Positions 11,997-22,625 of a DNA stretch of 64,000 nt are shown piece by piece (the stretch's first letter is position 1; each line of letters opens with the position of its first letter). The position numbers and the translations under genes are program-made. The notes beneath the pieces were generated by a model that did not search any database, had not been told where the DNA came from, and was given only the letters and a program-made list of their open reading frames with translations. Source of the DNA: Cyanophora paradoxa CCMP329 (lineage: Eukaryota; Plantae; Glaucophyta); assembly GCA_004431415.1 (NCBI GenBank), contig QPMI01000432.1, positions 248,001-312,000 on the forward strand. The letters run 5' to 3'.

Positions 11997-13282
11997 ATTG
12001 CCAGATCAGGCCTCACATGAACGCCCTGCTGGCCGTTGCTTTGTTGAGGTTACGTCTCGTGTCCCCTGTCGAACATTGACTGCACTTCTCTACCGCCTCC
12101 TCGCACATCCCGCCGCCGCAGCCGGGCCTCGCTCCCTGCGTTGGTTTCTCTTTCTCCTTCCTACGCCTTGCGTGGTGTCCAATCACGAGCTGGATGTCGC
12201 GGCCGGCCGGCGGTTGAGGAGACTCGCAGATGCTAGGGCCGCGGACCGCAGCTCGTGATCAGCAGCAGCGATCCCCAGCAGCACTGCGGAGCGGGATGCT
12301 TTCTTACTCTCGGCGGCGCCTTGCTGGACCCGGAAGAACGGCGGAGTTCAGCTCTTTTTCGTTCTAGGACGGGTTTGGGGGGCGCCCTTGGCCCTTGTGC
12401 CCGCTCGTTTCATTTTCTGGGACATAGGCAGGGCACCGTGGATGCGCATGCATGCTCTCGCCACATGCTCAGGTGACTCGTGATCGACCGTCTGGTCCGA
12501 CAGTTCGGCTGCAAAGCGAGCTTAGAGACTCGGCTGCCGGCCGCGGGTTGCAAGAGTTGCACGTCCGAGCGACGGACGGTCCTTTCATATGCACGTTAGT
12601 CACAGTCAGCGCAGCGGCGCAATAAGGACTGGCGTCCGACGGTCGCGCGGCGGGCTGGGCGATGCCGGCGCGGGGGCCGGGGCCGGGGCGCCGGCACCCG
12701 GCCCCCTCGGCCGGTGAATACATAGGCATGCGAAATTCTTAAACTGAAACTAGTACTTGAATTTGTGATTCAAATTCAGATTAAATTCAAGAATCTGATT
12801 GCCTAACTATTAAAAGACAACACGAGGCCACGAACCTACGAATTCTAGTCGCCTAAACTTAAAAGGCCTTGCAAATTGGTTGCGCGGGCCGCGGGTCGCC
12901 GGCCGCGGGCTACGACACTGGGCGTTCTGCCACTGGTGCAAGCCCTGGCAAGCTTCGAGGGGTAGCACAGAGCAGAGGTAGACGAGGGTTGGGGTGGGTG
13001 ACAGGCGAGTGGCGGTGATCATGAGTGGAGGACCGAGACCCGAGGAGGAGGCCGAGGGCCGGGGCCGGGGCCGGGGCTTGCAGCGCGGAGGAGTCGCTGG
13101 CTGAGTGTCTGTCTGGGAAGTCTGCGACGAAAGCGCTCGCAGAGGAGGAGGCCGAAAGCCGAGAGGAGTCGCCGGGGCGCTGAGGCTGCGGTTGAGCGCG
13201 CAGGCCTGCCCTGTCCGACGGTCTCTCCGGGAGGCCTGGCGCCGGCCCGCGCCGGCGGCAAGTCCAGGCTTTACACAGGTCC

Positions 13283-16200
13283 TCACAGGTCGACGCCGCG
13301 GGAGCAGGCCTGGCAGGCGCAGTCGAACGAGCAGCTCGCCTGCGCACGCGTGCGCGCGGAGAGCGCGGCGGTGAGAAATCAAAGCGAGTCACTGGCCCAT
13401 GGCCAGCGATTCAGCGGGGAGAAGGCGCGCCTTGAGCTCGGCCTGGCGCTCGGCGGCGGTCCGGCCCTTGGTGGGAAGGTACGCGCGGGTGATCTGCGAT
13501 GTCGCCGGGGCGCCAGATCAGAATCAGAGCAGATCAGATCAGAGCCGTTCTTCGCGTTTAGAGTCGCTCGCTCACCTCCTCGCCAGCGGAGAGGGGCCGG
13601 AGGGCGGTGAAGACGGCGGTCGCGTCGTCCTCGGGGAACTCGACGGCGGCGGAGGGGATGCAGCCGTGGTTCGCGTAGCTCGCCGCGAAGTAGAGCGCGA
13701 AGCCCTTCACGGCGCGGTCGCCCAGCGGCGGGGGGTCCCCGGAGGCCCCCTCCCCCGAGGTCGAGGCCTGCGGGCGGGGGGTACCTCGGATTATTCCAAG
13801 GAAGGGCGGCGGGGGGGTACAGCGATCGGGAGCGCACGGGGACGACGGGGGTGCAGTTGAAGAGGGCCTTGGAGAGGATCGAAGCGTAGCGCTCGGGGGT
13901 GATGACTGCGCGCGCGGCGCCCGTGAGGCGCGGCGCGGCGCGGCGGCGCGGCGGGGGCCGAGGAGCGAGCGGGGGAGAGGGGAGAGCTCGAAACTCGACG
14001 GCGGAGCCGGGGCCTCGAGACCGGGCCCGGTCCCGGGGGAGCAGCAGCGGGGGGGCTGCAAGGCCTAGGCGGGGGGATACCGGGGCCTAGAGGCTCAGGC
14101 TGGCCTGGGTCGGGGGGCCCGGAAGCATGAAGTGGGGCCCGGCGCCTCCCAGGATGGCGGCCTAGGGGCGGGGCAGAGGACGCAGGGCCCAGGGAGCATG
14201 GGGATGAGGAGGGCCTGGCGGGGGAGGCGGAAACGAGAACGGGGGCCGGCTGGGGGCGCGGAACGCAGCGGGCAGCCGGGCGGCCTAGAGGCTGGGCCCG
14301 GGCTCACACTCGAGGATCTGAGGGGCGTCCCGCCTAAAGACGTCCAGCAGCAGCTGCCGGTCCGGCTCGAACCTGCGCGCGCGTCACAAGGAGGCCGGTT
14401 GCAGGGGCGGAGCATGGAGCGCACTGGAGCATGATCTCGGGGGGGAAGGAGAAGTGGGAGAGGTGGTCGAGGTGGGCCCACGTCCGCGAGAACTGCTTCC
14501 CCGAGAGGAAGAGCCGCGCGATCACCTTTAGCGCCATCTGACCGTAGGCGAGCGAGGCGGGGCGTCAGCCGGGCCGCAGAGAGGGGGTGGTAGGAGTAAG
14601 GCGCGGCTTCTAGCGCCCGCCCCTGTCTTGGCGAGCGGCAGGAGAGAGGTCGCAACGTCTGACAGCTTCTAACGACTCTCATTAGGGGGGCTATGGAGGC
14701 CGAGCTACAGTTGGAGTCATGGTTTCGGGTTAGGCGGAGGAGGGCGGCCGGGGCGCACGAGGGGGTCGCGGCGGCGGGTGGCGGCGCAGTGGGCGCGGAG
14801 GCGCTCGACGGGGTTCTCCCCCGCCGGCGTCGCCTTCGGCACGCAGAGCAGTCCGTGGTACTCCTCGTGCGCCTCCGCCTGCCCGGGAGGTGAAGGGGGC
14901 GGCGCGGCGCGGCGCGGCGCGGCGCGGCGCGGGTGGGTAGAGAGGCCAGGCGAGCTCATAGAGCGCGCGGCACTATCTACGGTTTCCCCGCTTCTGTCTA
15001 GGGGCGCAGCGACATGCGGCGGCACGGACCTTGCACGCGGGGCTGCAGTAGCGCTCGGCCTCGCAGCCCTCGCACACCACCGCCGTCTGCGCCCGCTGGA
15101 TTCGAATTCGAAAATTTGAATTTGAATTTGAATTTTGTAACGGGCCTGGAGGGGCTTGAGGCAGTGGTTGCAGAACTCCTCGCGGCGGTCGTCCACCACG
15201 ATCGCCACGAAGGGCTTCTCCCGCAGCGCCGCGGCCCCGGCCTGCCTCAGAGGTGAGAGGTGGGAAGACATAGAGGTGCGTCGCCGAGGGACGATCGCGA
15301 CATAAGGGCGGATGGGGCGCGGGGGCGGGTGCGGACCTTGACGCCGCGGGTGGCGAAGAGGCCGCGCCCGACGCCGGGGGCGCTCTCCACGGGCTTCACC
15401 CGCGCGTTCATCTCCTGGCGGGAGGAGGAAGAAGTGAGGGGAATCGGCCTCGCTTCTCAGCCTCGTTCCTAGGGCTTCACGAGCGCGTTCATCTCCTGGC
15501 GGGAGGGTGGGCGGGGCCGGGCGGGGCGGGGCGGGGCGGCCTCGGAGGCCTAGGGTCCCGGGACCCCCGGGCCTAGCTAGGCCTGCGTGCGGCCGAGCCC
15601 AGCACCTTGGGAGGGAACTCGTCGAAGTAGTCGTCCTTGTCCAGCGCCCGGATCACTGCGCGCGCGGGCGGGCGGCGGTCAGGCTCGGACGGAGGTCAGG
15701 CTCGGGCGGGATTCGGATCGGATCAAGCTAGGGTCAGAGATCAAAAGCAACGGGGGCGGACCGTCGGCGAAGATGAGCTCGGGGATGAGGCGCTGGAGCC
15801 GCTGGAGGCCGTTGATCGTGTCCGTCAGCTCCCGCACCGCCCGCGCGATCTCCCCCACCGCCTCCTCCCTGTGCTCCGCCCCTGCGACTCGAATTCGAAT
15901 TTGAACTTTCGAATTTGAATTCGGATTTCGGGTACCCTGCTTGAGGAGCTCGACGGCGGCGCGGACCTTCTCCTCGAACTGCGCGCTCTCGCGCTCGCGC
16001 TCGGCCCGCTGGTCGTCCTCCTGCAGCCGCCGCAGCACCGCGTTCGCCTTCGCGGCGGTCAGAGCCGCCGCAGAGGGGCGGTGGCACGGCGGCGGAGGCG
16101 GTCTAGCCTAGCCTAGCCTGGCCTGGCGCGGCCGTTCCAGGTCAGAGACGCCGCAGAGGCAGCGGAGCGGCGGTGGAGGTGCGCAGGGCGCTCGCTCGCG

Positions 16201-17476
16201 CCCCCTTAAGCCTAGCCCTGCCCGGCCCGGCCCGGCCGTCCCGGGATCTCGCGCGTTCGCGCTCGCTCGCCTTCTCGCGCGTGTCGAGGGTCTCCTTGTG
16301 CTGCAGCGACGTCGCGAAGGCCGTGTACGCCTCTTTCAGCAGCCCGAGCCGCTGGTACGCCCTGCGCACGCCGGCCCCGGAGCCCGGCGTCAGAAGGCCG
16401 GCGCGCCTCGAAGGGAGGTGCGGGGTACATGGAACGCACGTTCCCATTCGCGAGAAGGCCCTGCAGGCAAGCGAGCGGGCGTCGGTCTGGTTCGAGAAGG
16501 GGAAGGGAGGAGGGGGTAGGGAGGGGGGTAGGGGCGCACTTGGCGAGGATGGCGGGATCGCTCTTCTCCTTGGCCTTCTCGAGCTCGAACACCTTCACTG
16601 CGCAGCGTGGGGCCCGAGGCGTCGGCGGGCGGGGCACGGGCGCCGCCGCCGGCCGCTCCGAGGCGGACCGCAGTCGACCAGGCAGGACTGCATGTCGCCG
16701 TGCTCCAGCGTCGCCGCCGCGCGGTTGAGCAGGAAGATCTGCAAGTGCCCGCGAGCGCGCGCGCCGCCTCGTCAGCCGGCGCCGCGCGCCGCGCACTGGG
16801 CGGGGAGCGCGTCGCGGCGGCGGGCTCGCCGGGTTGCTGGGGTCGAGCTCGTGAGCCTTCGTGTACGCCTTGATGGCCTCGGGAAAGTCCTTCTTCTGGT
16901 AGTACTCGTTCCCGCGCTTCTTCTCCGCCTCGGCTTGGGTGCGGGGCGAGAGGATCGCCTCCGGAGTCTCGTCGACAGCCGGGAGCGGCGTCTCATGATC
17001 AGCCTCGATCTTCTCGGGCGCTGCGGGCGATGTGTGAGGCGGGATCGAGATGCATTACACGCGCCGGATCGCCATGCGGGGCTCGCGCACCGTGCGCCGC
17101 AGGCTTCGAAGCGTCTGAAGTGTTCGCGTCGCTCGGGGCCGGCTTCTTGACGGGAGGAAATGCGAACTTGCTTCCGCGCTCCTCGTTCTTCGCCTCCTTC
17201 TTCTTCTTGCGCCCGCCGTCCGCAGCTACGGCCAAGGTGCAGCCAACCAGCATCAGCCGGCGCGCGCGCGCGCGCAGCGCGCCGCAGCGCTAGCGCACCA
17301 GCTTCGTTGGGCCGCCGACTCGAAATGATGAGGAGGAGGATCGCCGCAGACGCCGCCGCTGAGCGCGATCAGTCGAGGAGGCGCCGCCGGAACGAGGCAA
17401 AAAAAGGGCGCGGCTCACCGAGCGCCAGCGCGACGCCCCTGTTCTGCTGGATGACCGCCAGCGGCGTCGGTGTCAT
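13283..17476 (-). CDS. SMYD-type SET/MYND lysine methyltransferase with an N-terminal hydrophobic anchor and a TPR domain
   Basis: N-terminus MTPTPLAVIQQNRGVALALAAASAAILLLIISSRR. TPR AEKKRGNEYYQKKDFPEAIKAYTKAHELDP..LLNRAAA. SET-N GVGRGLFATR. MYND CNHC..CEGC..YCSPAC..H..LC. SET-C ASYANHGCIPSA..GEEITRAYL. Post-SET FDCACQAC. Confidence 0.85.
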
Positions 17477-17590
17477 GGCTGCGAGCTGAGTTCGATCAGC
17501 TGTACCCCTGCAGCCCGCGAAAACTCGACTCCCGATCGATATATCCGAGCGCCGGGGAGCGTCCCGCGAGCGTGCTTCAGAGGCCCTGCG
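17477..17590. promoter_or_regulatory. Putative bidirectional promoter, SMYD-TPR / MLH1
   Basis: Divergent ATGs lie 114 bp apart. Confidence 0.6.
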
Positions 17591-20500
17591 ATGGCGCAGC
17601 CGGCTGCGCCGCCGGCGGCGCCGGCGTCCATCGTGCGGCTGCCCGAGGACGTCGTCAACCGCATCGCTGCCGGCGAGGTGCGCCGCCGCGCCGCCCCGAT
17701 GAGCACACGCCGAATGGAGCGTTAGCTGCGCCGATCGCCGCGTCGAACGCTCCCTGCAGGTCATCCACAGGCCCAGCTCGGCGCTCAAGGAGATGATTGA
17801 GAACAGCCTTGACGCGGGAGCGACAAGCATCTCGTGAGATCGCCCCACGTGCACGTACGCGCTCATGCCTCACGTTCTCGCGCCGCGCGGCCTCCGCTCC
17901 CCGCAGAGTCAGCGTCAAGCAGGGCGGCCTCAAGATGATGCAGATCAACGACAACGGCCACGGCATCCGCGTGCGTGCGCGTGCTCGCAATCGCACCGAT
18001 TCGTCCTCTGAGCGGCGTGCGCGCAGCGGGAGGACCTCGGCATCGTGTGCGAGCGCTTCACGACGAGCAAGCTGCGCAAGTTCGAGGACCTGCGCCAGAT
18101 CGCGACCTTCGGATTCCGCGGCGAGGCGCTCGCCTCCATAACGCACGTCGCCCACGTCAGCATCGCCTCGATGACCTCCGACCAGCCCTGCGCCTACCGG
18201 TGCCCCGCGCCGCCATCGGCATCCCGCCCTCGCCGCTGCGGCCCTGACCGAGCGCCGGGCGCAGGGCGACGTATTCGGACGGGCGGCTCGTGCCTTCGAA
18301 GCCCGGGGAGTCGGCGGAGCCGAAGCCGTGCGCGGGGACCCGCGGGACCGTCGTCACGGTGCGATCGCGAGGAGCCGCGGCTGCTGTACCCCGGGCGGTC
18401 TTTTTCCCGAGCCGGGCCGGGGTACAGGTCGAGGACCTCTTCTACAACGTTCCGACGAGGAGAAAGGCCCTCAAGCAGCCGACAGAGGAGTACTCCAAAA
18501 TCCTCGAGGCACGCCCCCCCTCCTGCCCTTCCTTCCAATCTCTTGCATTCGCACACAACACAACTACAATGAGTTTCACATCGCCCAATTTATCTCTCCG
18601 ACTAGATACTACCGAGGACCGTCGTATGCTGTGCTTTAGGGCCTCCTCCTGCCCTTCATCCCCGTACCCCCAACGGACCGGGCGGGGCCCTGCGCAGGTT
18701 GTCACGCGGTACGCCGTGCACTTCCACAGGACGGCGTTCACGTGCCGCAAGCTGGACGGCGGCGCCGGGGCGGACGTGCAGACGTCGCCCTCCCCGGACC
18801 GCATCGACTCCGTGCGGGCCCTCTTCGGCGCCGCCACCGCCCGCGAGCTCCTGCCCTTCGAGGTAGGCCGCCCTATCCGCGTAACCCCCTCCGGCTCCAA
18901 CGCGCGGTACCCCCCGCAGGCGGCGTCGGCGCCACTGGGGTTCGCCGCCTCGGGCCATGTCTCGAACGCGAACTTCAACCTGCGGCGGGCTACCTTCATC
19001 CTCTTCATCAACAGCGCGCCCCGCCCTCCCTCCTCTTGCTCCGCGACGCGGCCTCGGCTCACTCGCACCGTACCGCGCAGACCGGCTGGTGGAGTGCGGG
19101 CCCCTGCGCCGAGCCCTCGAGAGCGTCTACTCGGCGTACCTCCCCAAGGCGAGCTCGAGAGGCTGTACCCCTCCACCCCGCCCCGCCCCGCTTCGCCCCG
19201 CCGATGTGGGCGGCAGGGTACGCACCCCTGGATCTTTCTCGCGCTGACCCTTCGCCCGGAGACCGTCGACGTGAACGTTCACCCGACCAAGAGCGAGGCG
19301 CGCCGCTCCGGCCTGCCCTGCGCACGGCATCGTAGTACCCCCCCTCTCATATGAGGGCGCCCCAGGTTCGGTTCCTGCACGAGGAGGAGATCGTCGCCGA
19401 GCTCCAGGCGGCGCTGGAGGCCCGCCTCCTAGGAGCCAACTCCTCCCGCACCTTCTACACGCAGGCACTGCCCGCCCCAGGCCCCGCCCCGGGCCCGGCC
19501 GCGGCCCGCGCGCCGGCGCTCCCGCCTCCTCCCGCCGCCGCCGCCGCCCTCCCGCCTCCCCGGGAGGAAGAGGAGGACGAGGGGGAGGAGGAGGGGCGGG
19601 CGAGGGCGCTCCCAGCGCCGCCGAAGCCCACGGCGGCGGCCAAGCGAAGGCAAGAGGAGGAGAATAGGGAAGACGGCGGAGTGCATGATGCTGGAGGAGG
19701 AGACGAGCACGAGGCGGGCTGGGCGGCGGAGGACGTGGAGGAGGTGGTGGAGCGCGCCCGCGAGGAGAAGCGCCGCCGGCGGCAGCGGCGCGGGGCGGAG
19801 GAGGCGGGAGAAGAGGCCGAGGAGGAGGAGGAGGAGGAGGGGTATGAGCCGGAGGCGTCCGAGGCGCCGGTCGAGCGGCCGCCTCGGGGCGCGGAGGAAG
19901 AGGAGGACGGGGCGGACGGGGCGGGGGACGAGGACACGGAGGAGGAAGACGGAGAGGGGCAGCAGGGGAAGAAGCAGCGCTCGGGCGCCCTGCAGAAGGC
20001 CCCGCGGCGGGCCGCCGCCGGCGCCGGCGGTTCGAGGGCGGCGCAGCGGGCGGGCGGCATCCCGGCGAGCGTGGCGCGGGAGGGGGCGGCCGCGGGGCAG
20101 CGCGGCTCCCTCGTCACCGGCCGCGCCTCCAGCGGCAGCGGCGGCGGAGGTGGTGGCGGCGGAGGGGGCGGCGGAGGGGGCGGAGGTGGGAAGAAGGGTA
20201 CAACGCGGCCGGAGAAGCTGGTGAGGACGGACCCGTCGCAGCCGGCGGGGAGCATGGAGGCGTTCGTCGTGCGGTGCGAGGAAGCTGCCCCCGGCCCCGG
20301 CCCCGGCCCCTCCCGAAGTCTGAGCCGCCCCGCAGGCTCCCGAGACCGTCGCGAGAGGAGGAGGGCGACAAGGAAGCCTCCGAGGCGGAGGCGGCCGCGG
20401 CCGCCGACAGCCAAGAGGGGTACTGCGTCCCTTCCCGTCCGCCGCGCCCCTTAAGCTTCCAGCTCTAGCTAACCCCCGGCCCCGCCCCGCTTCGCTCCCC

Positions 20501-21796
20501 GCAGCGCAAGCACCGCGCTGGTGGTGGCGGGGCGGGGCCGGGAGAAGGCGGCGGGGTACAGGCCCGTCCACCTCGCCTCCGTCCACGCGATGCTCGAGGC
20601 CATCGAGGCCGAGCGCCACGAGGGTACGCCAAAACCAGAATTCAAATTTTCAAATTCGAATTTTCGAATTCAAACAGGCCTGAGCTCGCTGTTCGCGGGG
20701 CACGTCTTTGTGGGCGCCGTCGACGCCCGCCACGCCCTCCTCCAGCACGGGCGAGCGCTCCCCGCCCCCTCCCTTCCTCCCCCGCCCGCCCGCCCGCCCG
20801 CCCACTTAACTACTCCTACTCCCCCTCTTCCTCCGCAGGCCGGGGCTCTACGTCGTCGACGCCGGCGCCGTCGCGTGCGCGCCTTTTGGTTCTGAGGCGT
20901 CCCTTACCCTTTAGAGCTCTTCTAGTCATTCTAGAGCACTCTCGGAAGGCTGCGCCTCCCTTCTGGATCTGGAGCTCACGGCGGGGCGCGCGATCAGTCT
21001 TTCTAGATCTAGTCCGAGGAGCTCTAGATGTAGAGCCGTCTGGCCTTCCTTTGTAGCTCACGGCGGGGCGCGGGCGGCAGGCGGGAGCTCTTCTACCAGC
21101 GGGCGGTGCGGCGCCACTCCAACTTCGGGCGCCTCTGGCTCGAGCCGCCGGCCCCGATGGCCGCCCTCGTGCGGGCCGCCCTCGAGCACCCGAGCGCCGA
21201 GTGCGACCCCTCAGCCGACCGCGACGCCCTCGCCTCCGTCCGTACCCCCCTTCCCTTTCTCCCCCCCCCTTCTCTTTCTCTGATTTGATCCCTCGCGCCA
21301 GTCGGTGGTGGAGACGCTCGCGGCGCGGGCGGAGATGCTGGACGACTACTACGCGATGCGGATCGACGGGGAGAGGGGCACGCTGGAGTCGCTCCCGATC
21401 GTGCTTGACGGGCACGCGCCGGACCTGCGGCAGCTCCCCTGGTTCCTCCTCCGCCTCGCCGACCGCGTGGACTGGGGCGCCGAGCAGCCGTGCTTCGAGG
21501 GGCTCGCCCGCCAGATCGCCGCCTTCTACTCCCAGCCGTCCGCCGCCGCCCCGTACCCCCCCGCCGCCGCCCGCGCCGCCGCCGCCCGCGGCGAGGCCCT
21601 CGACGCCTCCCCCTCCCCCTCATCCTCCGGCTCCTCCGGCTCCTCCTCCTCCCCCCCGGGGGGGGACTTCTTGCGGCAGGTGCTCTTCCCGGCGCTGCGG
21701 GGCGAGTTCGCGCCGCCGCGGCGGCTGGCGGCGGCGGGGGCCGTCGTCCAGGTCGCCGCCGTCGACCGCCTCTACCGCGTCTTCGAGCGCTGCTAG
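17591..21796 (+). CDS. MLH1: DNA mismatch repair protein MLH1
   Basis: [82 protein letters not shown] and the diagnostic C-terminus LYRVFERC*. Confidence 0.97.
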
Positions 21797-22625
21797 TCTA
21801 GGTAGCTGTGGCGGCCTCGAGGGCTCCGGCTCGTCGCTTTCGAGCTCATTCATTGTCGCCTCTCTAGATCTGTTCCGGGTTTCTGCTAGAATTCGAATAT
21901 TTGCCTTCGCATTTCTTCTAGAATTCGAATAGGGGCCTTCGCATTGAGCGTTGATCATGATCATGACCATCGAGTGGCTCTGTGATGCTGCTGGGCTTGC
22001 TGTACATGTGTGCCACCGTGCCACCGTGCCACTGGGCCACGCTGAGTGACTTCTTCGCTTCGATCCATGCCGCAGTGCCATGATGTTCATCCGATGATCA
22101 TGATCTGATGAACATCATGGCATCGATCGCGAGTGATGCTCCGGGGCTCCGACGGCTCGCCCGGGGGGATCATCGGATGATCATCGGATCATCGGATCCG
22201 ATCATCGGATGAACATCGAGAGACTCTGAGATGATCATGATGATCCGATTAACTTCGGGGCTGCCAGGCTGCCATACTATGATAGTACTAGTGAGGGGAG
22301 AGGGAGCTACCGCAGAAGTCGACGGCAATGGCATGCGCGGTCCGCACGCTGTTTGTCAGGACGGCAATCTGCAGGGAAAGATGAGCAGGCTGAACCGTGA
22401 ACATCAGACTCCGGGACTCGCCGAGTCGCCGAGTCGGGGATTGGACTGGACTGAACTACCCCCTTCAATGCGTCACGGCGCCGCTGCGTATTCAATTGCA
22501 ATGATTCACGATTCCTCGAAATTCGAGCGCGCGCTGCTGCATCGATATCTGTCCCTGTTGAAACTACAGCGCTATCGATATCCTTGGGAGATACCCGTCT
22601 TCAAGGCTTTCGAACGGGGCTAGAT

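Noticed and set aside
18509-18697. Stop-free 189-nt in-frame MLH1 segment as a coding insertion or intein
   Set aside because: It has GC-AG ends and intron-like composition, and no intein motifs.
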